In this document: positions 33,001 through 42,583 of the stretch, one piece after another
Position numbering within the stretch: position 1 is the first letter of the stretch
Layout: the number at the start of each line of letters is the position of its first letter
Assembly: GCA_020696385.1 (NCBI GenBank)
Contig: JAEHCQ010000005.1
Span: 40,311 to 104,310, forward strand
Origin: Methanobacteriota archaeon
Lineage (GTDB): Archaea; Thermoplasmatota; Thermoplasmata; SG8-5; JAGLSY01
Direction: 5' to 3'
Length of the DNA stretch: 64,000 nucleotides
Notes under the pieces: model-generated
The model's database searches: none
Told to the model about the DNA's origin: nothing
What the model saw: the letters and a program-made list of their open reading frames with translations, nothing else
Position numbers and translations under genes: made by a program

Positions 33001-33210
33001 GAGCATATCGAGTGCTCGGAATGTGGGGCAAGTGTTGAATCAGATTCCACAGAATGCTTCCTATGTGGTGCCGAGCTTGCAGCTGTAGATGCAGAGGGAC
33101 TTTCAGACATATCTGATGATGGAGAAGAGAAGAAAGAATGCCCCGCTTGCGGAGCAATAGTCGGATCCTCAGATATCATATGCCCAATATGCGATGAAGC
33201 TCTTGTGTGA
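30043..33210 (+). CDS. Very large acidic multi-zinc-ribbon 2-TM membrane protein
   Basis: About 13 paired CxxC ribbons plus one lone CPSCG; E/P-rich linkers. Confidence 0.8.
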   Translation: MIMAGEMESKTCPACGAFVDQHDSSCSICGAAIEEVFDAPDAIIEPIQDEIECPSCGAHIAAGSENCPICGDDIDIVIEEVKVEDEPEEVHNECPECGALQENGSDECFLCGAEIPTVPVEIDEPIEEETPDTEAPGESPELDVPEEAEPAEAEILEDVPEEAPQEEHNECPECGALQENGSDECFLCGAAIIKTVSISTEETIEVTTEAEIAPEEELLEEGIPEEEPEIEIEEEAPVDIEETVEPEPVEAKMEEPVEEEVMETETITEPTEEVHIECHDCGASLDTDAKDCFLCGTVVIADGGDALVEEAEPDIIEEETLEEVETIEEVITIEEETIEEVFIESNDDLPPLEAAPPEDISEEVEEVVDDIIEEEVSQLAEDEMHCPSCSSIIKKDNEKCTECWTDLSLYINCGSCDCPLPVDSETCPNCFAVIELIIEEEVVDEYTLEPMEEVDALMDIDLDETEVTAELEQEMSILDQEDEDDKECLVCGAHFGPDDDEYCPICGVEYGIEIAEEIEPEKEWDGLEALVQPTAYICPSCGEKVIGLDRTPRKVEEETWFYRGIITIFIGIFATSFSVWLRGIAMESQATGVRAPPFDIVAGLAGWVLVLIGFTFWFISYRIGQELIECPQCSIEVTQDMTNCINCNLTLIEPEEGEDIEQEEEREESLPEDADMEAFTEQILADEEFEEEIIEEVEPEPAIEFTEEDDLDVIEDELGLDLPEELGDEPELEEPEDLEIPEEVEPEMEIEEEPLMEEATLDEDIPIEEPLAEEPEITIDEPLTEDDLSASFEVDEPIEAEPEMEIEDEAPLEAEIADIEEVVEPEPVEADIEEPAEAEVLEAEPAIMEEPIETESIMEDTTEVEEHIECASCGASLETGSTDCFLCGEIVVAAAPETDELPIEADTDIPDVDDDMGAELPTEHEDHKKCPGCGIFVDLDAAECPVCDTLFDEADVPQENGIEVPVIEAEPDMSIEESAVVEAEEEEHIECSECGASVESDSTECFLCGAELAAVDAEGLSDISDDGEEKKECPACGAIVGSSDIICPICDEALV

Positions 33211-33339
33211 ACTACCAGGCCATAAAAGACAGGAAGTTCCCATTCAAAGCCATTAGGCCAGCAAACTCATATCACAGCCCAGGATCACTCTGGTAAATTG
33301 AACATATCTTTTTATACCACCAGTTCTACGTCCGAACTG

Positions 33340-34167
33340 ATGGACACCCTATTGTTCCTGGTATCGGTTATAGGATTCTCTCCAGCTCTTGGAGTGGTAT
33401 GGTATAGCCTCAGGAAGTACGACCATCCTTATGTGAAAGGAACATGCTTCGATGATAGGCGAGTGTTCTTTCTTTTAGCCATTGGCATGGTGGCTGGTAC
33501 CATCCTTCTCATGATGGAAAGGCTGGTTTACCCGCTCTTCAAGGTCCCGATGGACGACGGAACCGTATATTTCAGCCCCCTCTGGTTCGTCGTGTTCTAT
33601 GTTGTCGCACTGGGGCTTGTGCACACACTGACAAAATATGTGATACTGAACTTCCCCTCCATTCAGGGCAGGATAGATTCTCAGTTCTACGGTGTGTCAC
33701 TTGGAGCCGGGATATCCGCAACCTGGATAGTTGGTTTCAGTTATATCCAGCTCACCGTGCAGGGTGGATCCAATGATATCGCGATCCTCACCTCACTGAT
33801 ATTGCTATCCTTGAACACAGCATTGATACATGCGTCGGTTGGCGCAGTTCTCGGTGTAAGCACTGCGAATAATGAGGGGATGAGAGGCATCATAGGCGGC
33901 CTTGTTCCGCATTTGATATTCGGTATGATGATGTTGCCATGGTTCTATTACGATGTCATCTGGTATACTCTTCTATTGGCAACACCCATCACCATCGTCA
34001 TCTACAGAGAAGTTTATCTGAACATAATTCCCAAGTCATTGCCTGAAGAGATCCAGCATGAGATCATGGAGAATAAGGCAAAGGCATTGAAAGCAAAAGA
34101 AGCTAAAGCAGAGGCAAAAGTAGAGACTGAAGCTGAAGCTGAAACAGAATTGGAAGAAACAGAATAG
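33340..34167 (+). CDS. PrsW-like multi-pass membrane protein with degenerate catalytic motifs
   Basis: PrsW-type topology and two His positions; EExxK region reads VHTLTK. Confidence 0.5.
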   Translation: MDTLLFLVSVIGFSPALGVVWYSLRKYDHPYVKGTCFDDRRVFFLLAIGMVAGTILLMMERLVYPLFKVPMDDGTVYFSPLWFVVFYVVALGLVHTLTKYVILNFPSIQGRIDSQFYGVSLGAGISATWIVGFSYIQLTVQGGSNDIAILTSLILLSLNTALIHASVGAVLGVSTANNEGMRGIIGGLVPHLIFGMMMLPWFYYDVIWYTLLLATPITIVIYREVYLNIIPKSLPEEIQHEIMENKAKALKAKEAKAEAKVETEAEAETELEETE

Positions 34168-34223
34168 TCTGGATGTCCTGGATCAAGATTTTTCTGTATC
34201 AAGATATTGGGTTTTAGAAATTA

Positions 34224-35153
34224 TCAGTGAGAGATATACATCCCGCAATTGCTCTTGATCTGATTTTCCTCAACTTCTCCAATGCTTAGCAATACCTCGA
34301 AACCCAGTGCTTCGAATTCATCGATCAGCCTTTTCAAATTATGCTGATGTTCATGACCCTCCTCATCGATCAGACTTTCCAGCAGATTGGCCTTGGAATT
34401 GTTAGTTGGGTTGATAGGTGTCAGTTTGATCAGGAATTTGTCTGTTGGGAACATGTCCGCGATCTTATGGGGGCTGACGGGATATCCCTGAGCCATCGCA
34501 AAGTTAAGTGTCACTTTGCGGTCACCCTCTTTGCAGAACCTCTGGCCAAATTCAGATATCTGCTCCAGGCTCATTTTATTGATTGGCATGAGCTCATCAC
34601 GCTTTTCATCATCGGTCGTGTGGATGGAGAATTGCATCTGAAACTTGCCATCGGGATAAAGCTCGTCCTTGATCTCCAATAGCTCTTCGAAGAAGGGCCA
34701 GGCTCCTGCTGGAGCCACAGTCGATATGCACGGCAGAAGCCCGGGAGCATCCAGATGTTCCGGCAGCATTCTGAGAGTCTGAAGCACATTCGGATTGAGG
34801 GCGGGCTCGCCCATTCTGGCAAATTGGATCTTGAACTTTGGGACAGGTACTTTGCCATCCGGAAATCGCGTTCTTATCAGATAATCGATCTGAGCCAGCA
34901 TTTCCTCGGCTTCCAGTTTACCACTGTAATTACCACCCGCATCGCACATCCTACACCTCACCGGGCATCCGAATAGCGAGGAGATGATTATCACCCACTT
35001 CTCCTCCCTCGGGACAGGAGGCTGGATGGATTCTGCGAATTCAACAAGATAGGGATCTTTCACATTTGAGCCAGCGGTATCTTCTTCCTCTCGGAATCTC
35101 GCGACATACACCTTGGCCAGTCCCTCATTGCCGTGCTCGGATATTATTTTCAT
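34224..35153 (-). CDS. RlmN/Cfr-like radical SAM protein lacking the N-terminal domain
   Basis: SSLFGCPVRCRMC, RMGEP, SIH and C-terminal SNCG motifs. Confidence 0.8.
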   Translation of the reverse strand: MKIISEHGNEGLAKVYVARFREEEDTAGSNVKDPYLVEFAESIQPPVPREEKWVIIISSLFGCPVRCRMCDAGGNYSGKLEAEEMLAQIDYLIRTRFPDGKVPVPKFKIQFARMGEPALNPNVLQTLRMLPEHLDAPGLLPCISTVAPAGAWPFFEELLEIKDELYPDGKFQMQFSIHTTDDEKRDELMPINKMSLEQISEFGQRFCKEGDRKVTLNFAMAQGYPVSPHKIADMFPTDKFLIKLTPINPTNNSKANLLESLIDEEGHEHQHNLKRLIDEFEALGFEVLLSIGEVEENQIKSNCGMYISH

Positions 35154-36052
35154 ATGATATCCTCCTGATTATCCGAGATACTTTCCAGAAATTTCATAAT
35201 GCCCATCGCGGCCTTGATACCGTCCCCGACAGCTATGCCCATTTGGCGATAACTGCCCTGCTGCACATCCCCCGCGATGTAGAGGCCCGGGAGTGCGTTC
35301 GCGCCCGTATCGCGTTGTAAGGGCACGATTAACTCATCGGATGGTCGCCTTCCAATGGCGACCAGTACGATATCTGCTTTTATCTGCATGTGGGGGCATT
35401 TGATAACCAGACGGCCTCCATGCATCTCGAAGGAGGCCGGATTACAATCCTGGTATATCTGGATACTTGGATCATTCTCTGCCCTTTCATAAAGCAAGGG
35501 CAGGCATCTTGGCTTGTCGGATCTCATCGCGATTCGAACACTGGCTCCCTTTTCGGAAAGATTGAGCGCATAGTCAAAGGCCGCGTCCCCGCCTCCGATG
35601 ACAACCACTTCCTTCCCGGAAATATTGTCTGGCAGGTCGGCTATCTCGTAAAAAAGATGCTTCCCCTCGATGATATCAGAGCCATCGAGGTCCAATTTGA
35701 GAGGAATAGTGCCAGTGGCGATAATAACAGTGCGGGCATCCAGTTCCTTAGGTTCGGGGTCTTCCAAGCGCACGCGGAACCCGACATCATTCCTTTCGAT
35801 GTCGGTCACTTCCGCCATCTCCACCTCGATATCCCATCTGGCAAGCTGGCCTTCCATCTCTTCCACCAGTTTCTTGCCAGGCAGTCCGTCAAAGCCAGGA
35901 TAGTTCTCCACAAGGTGGGCATTATGAAGAAGCCCACCAGTTCGCTTTCTCTCGAATATCTTGAATTTAATTCCCGCTCGTTTTAGAAAGACCGCGGCGG
36001 ATATTCCAGCCGGGCCAGCACCCACGATAATGGTGTCCAAGCTCTCGGTCAT
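35150..36052 (-). CDS. Thioredoxin-reductase-like FAD/NAD(P) oxidoreductase without CxxC
   Basis: GAGPAG, ENYPG, ATG, GGGDAA, AGD motifs. Confidence 0.85.
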   Translation of the reverse strand: MTESLDTIIVGAGPAGISAAVFLKRAGIKFKIFERKRTGGLLHNAHLVENYPGFDGLPGKKLVEEMEGQLARWDIEVEMAEVTDIERNDVGFRVRLEDPEPKELDARTVIIATGTIPLKLDLDGSDIIEGKHLFYEIADLPDNISGKEVVVIGGGDAAFDYALNLSEKGASVRIAMRSDKPRCLPLLYERAENDPSIQIYQDCNPASFEMHGGRLVIKCPHMQIKADIVLVAIGRRPSDELIVPLQRDTGANALPGLYIAGDVQQGSYRQMGIAVGDGIKAAMGIMKFLESISDNQEDII

Positions 36053-36762
36053 TGGTCATCCTCCTCTATCTCCATCATCTCAATTATCTCGGAGGTTGTC
36101 ACAGGTACTGCGAAACCATCAGCCAGTGTTCGTAAGGCCGACATGTGCAGTTCTTCAGTATCGGATGCTGTAGCATCGACCACCGCATAGACCTCCAGGT
36201 CCTGCATGAAGGCATCACGGCATGTTGATTCCACACATAGGTGGGTCTGCACGCCAGCTACTATTATTGAGCGGATTCGCATACCTGCCAATACAGAGGC
36301 CAGTGCCGTCCCTTTAAAGGCACTGTATCTTGATTTTCGTATCACCAGCTCATCGCCTTCCGGCTGCAGCTCGGGAGCTATCTGGCTCATTGTATCTGAG
36401 CCCCGGAGAACATCACCCCACCAGCGGCCCATTATTCCGGGTTCCTCGTCATCTGTGAGGGCATGTCGGGTGTAGATCACCGACATGTCATTCTGCCTGG
36501 CTATTTCGATCAACCGGGCAATATTAGGCAGAATCGCCTTCGAGGTTGGAACGAAGGCATGGCATTTTTCATCCAAAAAGAAGGACTGGCAGTCGATTAT
36601 AAGAAGAACTGAATTACTTTTATCCAGGGCGAATCTCTTCTTCGCCCTGCAATAAGATTCCAGTTCGGATATCCACCCACTGGCCTTATCCTGAATATTG
36701 CCGAGATTAGCGTACTCCTCATCCTTAATGTATCCAATATCCTTGTCTGAAACCATGTACAT
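36049..36762 (-). CDS. Isochorismatase-family cysteine hydrolase
   Basis: IDCQ, K.RYSAF, GVQTHLCVESTCRDAF motifs. Confidence 0.88.
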   Translation of the reverse strand: MYMVSDKDIGYIKDEEYANLGNIQDKASGWISELESYCRAKKRFALDKSNSVLLIIDCQSFFLDEKCHAFVPTSKAILPNIARLIEIARQNDMSVIYTRHALTDDEEPGIMGRWWGDVLRGSDTMSQIAPELQPEGDELVIRKSRYSAFKGTALASVLAGMRIRSIIVAGVQTHLCVESTCRDAFMQDLEVYAVVDATASDTEELHMSALRTLADGFAVPVTTSEIIEMMEIEEDDQ

Positions 36763-36917
36763 TCCTTCATGGTTTCCTGGTTTAGGGAGCTGGAAACTCT
36801 AAAACATTGCTCCGTATCCAGGGGTAAAATGAAACGGGTTAAAATATATTTTGGATAATATGAGGTGCGGATAAGTTTTAACTATCAATTCCACCATCAC
36901 ATCTGGAGAGTGACCAA

Positions 36918-38702
36918 ATGGCAGTAAGTTATCAGAACAAATATCTATCAATTGACTTGACAAGTGGAACAGTGGAAACAGGGGAGCCAGACCCCGCCGA
37001 GCTAGAGAAATTCCTCGGCGGCAAGGGCCTTGGCCTATCCCTGCTTTGTAAACTAGATACATCCACGGATGCGCTGGATCCTGATAATCCAATGATATTC
37101 CTTACTGGCCCGCTCACAGGCACGACCATGACCACATCCAATCGGTCATGCATTGTCACACGCTCTCCACTCACAGGCGGCTTCCTGGATTCCCATGCTG
37201 GAGGAAAATATGGAACCGCGATCAAGGGTGCTGGCTATGATTATATAATTATCAAGGGCAAGTCTCAAAAACCAGTCTATATCCACGTGACTCCCGAAGG
37301 AACCGAGATACTGGATGCAGATGGATTATGGGGAAAGGGATGCTTCGAGACAGAGGACATCATCAAGGAATCCTATCCAAAGGCAGAGATCGCCAGCATA
37401 GGACCGGCTGGCGAGAATCTTGTTAAATTCGCCTGCATCAGCACCGACAAATCGCGTCAGTTCGGCCGCGGAGGAACCGGGGCTGTCATGGGCTCGAAGA
37501 ATCTTAAAGCACTTGTCATCGAGGGCAGGGAACTTACAAATTATCACAATTCTGACAAGTTCAGGGAGCTATCGAAGACCCTGACGAAAGACGTACTGGC
37601 ACATCCAGGCAAGATCAAAAGAAATGACCTCGGCACCATGATGTGGGTGCGCATGGGGCATGAAGATGGACATTTCCTGCCAACCCGTAATTTCCAGAAG
37701 GGACAGTTCGATGGCTATGAGGGCATAACCTCCGAGGCGATGAAAAATGAACTCGGAGGATGGAAGAACACTGGATGTTTCAATTGTGCCATCCAGTGCT
37801 CGAAGGTCGCCGTCTGGGACGGCTATGAATTCGAGGGCCCAGAGTACGAGACAACGGCCTACCTAGGATCTGGCTGCGAGATAGGGGATGCCAAGGCGGT
37901 CGCGAAGGCCAATTACATGTGCGATGATCTTGGCCTGGATACGATCTCCGCAGGTGTTACGATATCCTTCGCGATGGAGGCTGCTGAGAAAGGGCTCCTG
38001 CCAGAGGAAGATAATGCCAGCATCAAATTCGGCAGCATTGAGAGCCTGCATGAGACCATACGGAAAATTGCATATCGTGAAGGCATCGGCGACATACTGG
38101 CTGAGGGCACACGCCTTGCCTCCAGAAAAATAGGCAAGGGCAGTGAGTATTTCGCCATCCAGATAGGCGGAATGGAACTGAGCGGTGTGAACCCACTGGG
38201 CAGTTATTCCATGGCACTGGCACTGGCGACATCGGACTTCGCCAGTCATACAAGATTATGGAGTTGCTCGGATGAGATGGCGGGCAACCTGGAACTGGAC
38301 ACGCTGCCGAATTATATTGCGGCTGGCCAGGATGATGTCAATATACGAAATTGCTTGATAGCCTGCGATTTCCTACCCTTTGGACTTGACAGGCTGGCTC
38401 CTCTGGTGGAAGAAGCTACTGGCTTCAGGACAACGAAGGAAAGCCTGCTTGCAATTGGTGAGAGGGTGCATAATCTGGCCAGAGAATACAATATGAGAAC
38501 TGGTCGGACGCATGATGATGATATCCTGCCAGGGAGATTCCACGAGGAAGAATCTATCGCGGGTCTGATGAATGGGCAAAGGATCTCTAAAGAATTCTTC
38601 GAAAGCCAGCTTCAGGATTATTACAAGCTCAGAGGTTGGGATGATAAAGGCAGACCGACCAGGGAGACCATGGAAAAGGCTGATCTTGGCTCATATATTT
38701 GA
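36918..38702 (+). CDS. aor: Tungsten-containing aldehyde:ferredoxin oxidoreductase family protein
   Basis: LGGKGLG, SIGPAGEN, GRGG.GAVMGSKNLKA, CxxCxxxC, EYET, DDLGLDTIS motifs. Confidence 0.9.
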   Translation: MAVSYQNKYLSIDLTSGTVETGEPDPAELEKFLGGKGLGLSLLCKLDTSTDALDPDNPMIFLTGPLTGTTMTTSNRSCIVTRSPLTGGFLDSHAGGKYGTAIKGAGYDYIIIKGKSQKPVYIHVTPEGTEILDADGLWGKGCFETEDIIKESYPKAEIASIGPAGENLVKFACISTDKSRQFGRGGTGAVMGSKNLKALVIEGRELTNYHNSDKFRELSKTLTKDVLAHPGKIKRNDLGTMMWVRMGHEDGHFLPTRNFQKGQFDGYEGITSEAMKNELGGWKNTGCFNCAIQCSKVAVWDGYEFEGPEYETTAYLGSGCEIGDAKAVAKANYMCDDLGLDTISAGVTISFAMEAAEKGLLPEEDNASIKFGSIESLHETIRKIAYREGIGDILAEGTRLASRKIGKGSEYFAIQIGGMELSGVNPLGSYSMALALATSDFASHTRLWSCSDEMAGNLELDTLPNYIAAGQDDVNIRNCLIACDFLPFGLDRLAPLVEEATGFRTTKESLLAIGERVHNLAREYNMRTGRTHDDDILPGRFHEEESIAGLMNGQRISKEFFESQLQDYYKLRGWDDKGRPTRETMEKADLGSYI

Positions 38703-38851
38703 GCTTGTTAGAGATCTGGCATAGAATAATGCCTTTGGAGTTTGTACAGGTCTCACAAAATATGAAAATGTACTTTTAATGTATGAATATTCGATATATT
38801 TATATACGGATAATACACAGCTTTATATATTCAATTGTTAATTCAGGCGTG

Positions 38852-39091
38852 ATGATGATCAGAGATGGTTATTATGGACGGGATAGCGACCATATTTTAT
38901 TTGATATTGTAAAAGATCGTATGCTTAGGTCCGACCTATCCAGTTCAGAAAATCATCCCCGAATGGAAACAACCGAGATCGGCATGCTTTACCTGAAGTC
39001 CTTCCTGAACAACCTTGAGGAGAAGGGAATGGGAGACAAGGATTATTCTCTCGCATTGGCAAAGGCATTTTTGACATCCGTGGCCGCATAA
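38852..39091 (+). CDS. Small hypothetical protein
   Basis: ORF with upstream TATA-like sequence and downstream hairpin AACTGTCTG...CAGACAGTT. Confidence 0.45.
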   Translation: MMIRDGYYGRDSDHILFDIVKDRMLRSDLSSSENHPRMETTEIGMLYLKSFLNNLEEKGMGDKDYSLALAKAFLTSVAA

Positions 39092-39200
39092 GAACTGTCT
39101 GGCATTTGTCTCAGACAGTTAACTAAGAGCATAACAATTGACAATCAATCTTTAGTTAAAATTATATATCCTACTGACTTCCCACATCAAAGGTGATATT

Positions 39201-40247
39201 ATTACTCTCAAGATAGCGATCATAGGATGCGGTGTTGTAGGCCAGGGACTCATGAAGATACTTCGTGACAAGAAAGAATTTTTGAAAGAGAGATACGGAT
39301 TCGATGCAGAGGTCGTGGCCATATCCGACAAGTTCAAAGGCTCGATACTGGTCAAGGATGGAATTGACCTGGATGCCCTTATCAAACACATGGAAAGCAC
39401 CGGCAAGGTGGATGGATTCGAGGCCACTGGCGCCATAACTGGCCTGGAGCCAATCGAGACCATCAGACAATCCGGAGCAGACATTATTGCAGAAGCTTCT
39501 TTCACAGACATCAAAACAGGCGAGCCAGCAACTTCCCATGTCAGAGAAGCACTGGGAAGCGGAAAGCATGTCGTGACAACGAACAAGGGACCAGTTGCCT
39601 TGTTCGTGAGAGAATTGGAGACATTGGCAAAACAGAACAATGTCCAGTTCAGATACGAGGGCGCGGTAATGTCCGGAACTCCCATCTTCAACCTTATCGA
39701 ATTCTGCCTCGCTGGAAATGATATCCGCGAGGTTAAAGGAATCCTCAATGGAACAACCAACTTCATCCTCACTAAAATGGAAGAGGATGACATGGCATAC
39801 GAGGATGCACTGACACTTGCTCAGAGTCTCGGATATGCAGAGGCAGACCCAACCGGCGATGTGGAAGGATACGATGCACTGGCCAAGGTCATGCAATTAT
39901 CCAATATTGTTCTTGGTGGAAGTCTGACCGAAAGCGATATTGAGCGCGAGGGAATAACTGGCATCACATCAGATATGATTAAAGCCGCAGCTTCGGAAGG
40001 CATGAGGTACAAGCTCATTGGATCAACACGAAAAGAGGGCGGTAAGATAATCGCCTATGTGAAACCGGTCAAGATGCCACTCAGTGACCCGCTGGCAGGA
40101 GTAGGCGGTGCGATAAACGCCCTCACATTCAGTTGTGACCTATCCGGTGATGTTACTATTCAAGGGCCGGGCGCAGGTCAGATGGAAACTGGATTCGCAT
40201 TGCTCATTGACATACTGGCCATAAACTCGGCTGTCAACTGTTGCTGA
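39201..40247 (+). CDS. hom: Homoserine dehydrogenase, apparently starting at ATT
   Basis: KIAIIGCGVVGQG lies upstream of the first ATG; VVTTNKG, GILNGTTN, GYAEADP motifs. Confidence 0.9.
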   Translation: MTLKIAIIGCGVVGQGLMKILRDKKEFLKERYGFDAEVVAISDKFKGSILVKDGIDLDALIKHMESTGKVDGFEATGAITGLEPIETIRQSGADIIAEASFTDIKTGEPATSHVREALGSGKHVVTTNKGPVALFVRELETLAKQNNVQFRYEGAVMSGTPIFNLIEFCLAGNDIREVKGILNGTTNFILTKMEEDDMAYEDALTLAQSLGYAEADPTGDVEGYDALAKVMQLSNIVLGGSLTESDIEREGITGITSDMIKAAASEGMRYKLIGSTRKEGGKIIAYVKPVKMPLSDPLAGVGGAINALTFSCDLSGDVTIQGPGAGQMETGFALLIDILAINSAVNCC

Positions 40248-40384
40248 ACTCCGAGCACCAGGATATACTATACAGAATGGAGATCATGCTTCGATCCGAT
40301 AGCCAATTAGAATAGATATCAATAAAGGGATTTAGGGCATAATGTTAATAATGTACCTGTCAATGGACACAAGGAGGAATGTGG

Positions 40385-41362
40385 ATGAATATTCTGATAG
40401 TTGAAGATTATGAGCCGTCGATAGACAAGCTGGGAGCGATCTTGACCAAAGCAGGTCATGAGGTCATGTCCGCCAAGAATGGAAATGACGGACTTGAGAA
40501 ATACAGAAAGGACGTGTATGATGTCGTATTCATGGACTGGACACTCCCTGACATGGATGGAAACAGGCTTGCCAGTGATATGCGTGATACCGATACAATG
40601 AGACAGAGGAATTCCTATCTCATCATGACCACTGGAAGGTCCAAAAAACATGATATGTTGGAGGCCATGGAGGCTGGCATTGATGATTTCATGCTCAAGC
40701 CCTATGATAAGGCAGTTGTAATGTCCAGGTTGACCATTGCCAAGCAGATAATGGATGCCAGGGATAATAAGACAGTCGGAGCCCCAGATATCATGGACAT
40801 ATTCGAGAAGGAGCATGAGCTGGTCAGCAGGGTGACTGGCATAATGGAGATGACATACAATATGCTGGATGAATCACGCCCCATACCCCAGAAACTCCTG
40901 ACATGGTGCACATCCTCTGCTTTCCTTTTGGACTTCCAAGTGCATGAGAGGAAAGAGGATTTCTATATCGAAAGATTCATTGAAAGAGCCAAGGAAGAGC
41001 ATGGCAAGACCTCGGAATTATTTTCCAGATCGTCAATGGCACAGATAATGAAGGAGCATGAGATAATCAAGAGGCTCCTCATAAATATGCAGAAGACCAT
41101 CAATAATAAGAATACTGATGGAGAATTTGACATACAGAAATTAATGAAATTCATTGGCCAGTATGTGGAATTGATAAGAATGCATAAGGCCCGTGAGGAC
41201 GATATCTTCTTCCCCTTTACGATGAGATATCTAAATGATGATGATATCGAGTATTTGAAGGGTGAGTTCCAGAAGATAGACGAGAAGGTGGGCATTGAAA
41301 AGATAGATGCCAGGATTAAGACACTGGGTCACCTTGAGGACGTCCTAAAGATCAAGGTATGA
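40385..41362 (+). CDS. Response-regulator receiver plus hemerythrin-like domain
   Basis: VED, MDWTLPDMDG, KPY; EH...HERKED...EH...HKAREDDIFFP. Confidence 0.8.
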   Translation: MNILIVEDYEPSIDKLGAILTKAGHEVMSAKNGNDGLEKYRKDVYDVVFMDWTLPDMDGNRLASDMRDTDTMRQRNSYLIMTTGRSKKHDMLEAMEAGIDDFMLKPYDKAVVMSRLTIAKQIMDARDNKTVGAPDIMDIFEKEHELVSRVTGIMEMTYNMLDESRPIPQKLLTWCTSSAFLLDFQVHERKEDFYIERFIERAKEEHGKTSELFSRSSMAQIMKEHEIIKRLLINMQKTINNKNTDGEFDIQKLMKFIGQYVELIRMHKAREDDIFFPFTMRYLNDDDIEYLKGEFQKIDEKVGIEKIDARIKTLGHLEDVLKIKV

Positions 41363-41447
41363 ACCAATCCAAGATTTGATTAATGTCTTCCCAAGCATTT
41401 ATCCATCTCCACTAATCGTTAAGTAAGATGGAGTATTTTCCAGTTCT

Positions 41448-42452
41448 ATGAAGGCCGACATCAATGGGAATATAGAGGATATAAGAGCAGTGTGGATGGA
41501 AGGAAAAACCGTCCAGATGATCGAGCAGAGACTACTTCCACATAAACTTGAGATATTCACTGCCAGGACAGTGGACGAGGTATGTTATTCCATAAAGGAA
41601 ATGGTTACTCGCGGTGCTCCAGCAATAGGTGTCACAGCAGCCTACGGCATGGCACTGGCAGTTCTCACAGGCGAAGATATTGATGATGCAGCAAAGAGAT
41701 TGAAGGCCACACGCCCCACAGCATACGACCTTTTTCATGCTGTGGATCACATGCTGGACAAACTGGCTAATGGCGAGGAAGCTGTTAGCGTGGCAGAGGA
41801 ATATGCAAACTCCATCGTGGAAAAATGCAGGCTGATCGGAGAATATGGTGAGCCACTAATACCAGATGGAGGAGTTGTTCTCACACACTGCAATGCAGGT
41901 GCACTGGCCACCGTGGACCACGGGACCGCACTCGCACCCATGAGAGCGGCCCATAACAAAGGAAAGAAGATCTTTGTGTTCGCGGATGAAACGCGCCCCA
42001 GACTTCAGGGCGCGGCATTGACATCCTGGGAACTGGTGCAGGAAGGCATTGACCATGCGATAATCGCTGACAATGCAGCTGGCCATTATATGCTGAGAAA
42101 GGAGGTCGACCTGTGCATAACAGGAGCAGACAGGATAACAGCCAATGGAGACTTTGCCAATAAGATAGGGACCTATGAGAAGGCGGTTGTGGCAAAGGAG
42201 AATGGGATACCGTTCTATGTAGCGGCTCCTGTGAGCACATTTGATTTCAACCTGGCATCTGGTATGGACATCCCAATTGAAGAGAGAGATCAAGACGAGG
42301 TAAGGATTGTCAATGGCGGGCTTATCTGCCACAAGGACGCGAAAGCCAGGAATCCTGCTTTCGATGTCACACCAGCTAAATTCGTAGCTGGCTTCATAAC
42401 CGAGATCGGTGTGTTGAAACCGGATGAGATCCACAAGTTAAAAGTAAAGTGA
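41448..42452 (+). CDS. mtnA: S-methyl-5-thioribose-1-phosphate isomerase
   Basis: RGAPAIG, THCNAGALAT, ETRPRLQG, NKIGTY, NPAFDVTP motifs. Confidence 0.92.
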   Translation: MKADINGNIEDIRAVWMEGKTVQMIEQRLLPHKLEIFTARTVDEVCYSIKEMVTRGAPAIGVTAAYGMALAVLTGEDIDDAAKRLKATRPTAYDLFHAVDHMLDKLANGEEAVSVAEEYANSIVEKCRLIGEYGEPLIPDGGVVLTHCNAGALATVDHGTALAPMRAAHNKGKKIFVFADETRPRLQGAALTSWELVQEGIDHAIIADNAAGHYMLRKEVDLCITGADRITANGDFANKIGTYEKAVVAKENGIPFYVAAPVSTFDFNLASGMDIPIEERDQDEVRIVNGGLICHKDAKARNPAFDVTPAKFVAGFITEIGVLKPDEIHKLKVK

Positions 42453-42583
42453 GAAAGATCAACTCAGAAATGGGTAGATATTAGAAAACTTCTTAATAAG
42501 CCAGAGACTTATGCGACTGTATTAACCATTGTTAATAAGAACGTTAATATTTAATAATAGTTAACATATTCACAATCGATAAT

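Noticed and set aside
29215-33179. Long Ser-rich minus-strand ORFs
   Set aside because: They are antisense shadows of Glu/Asp-rich (GAR/GAY) coding sequence.
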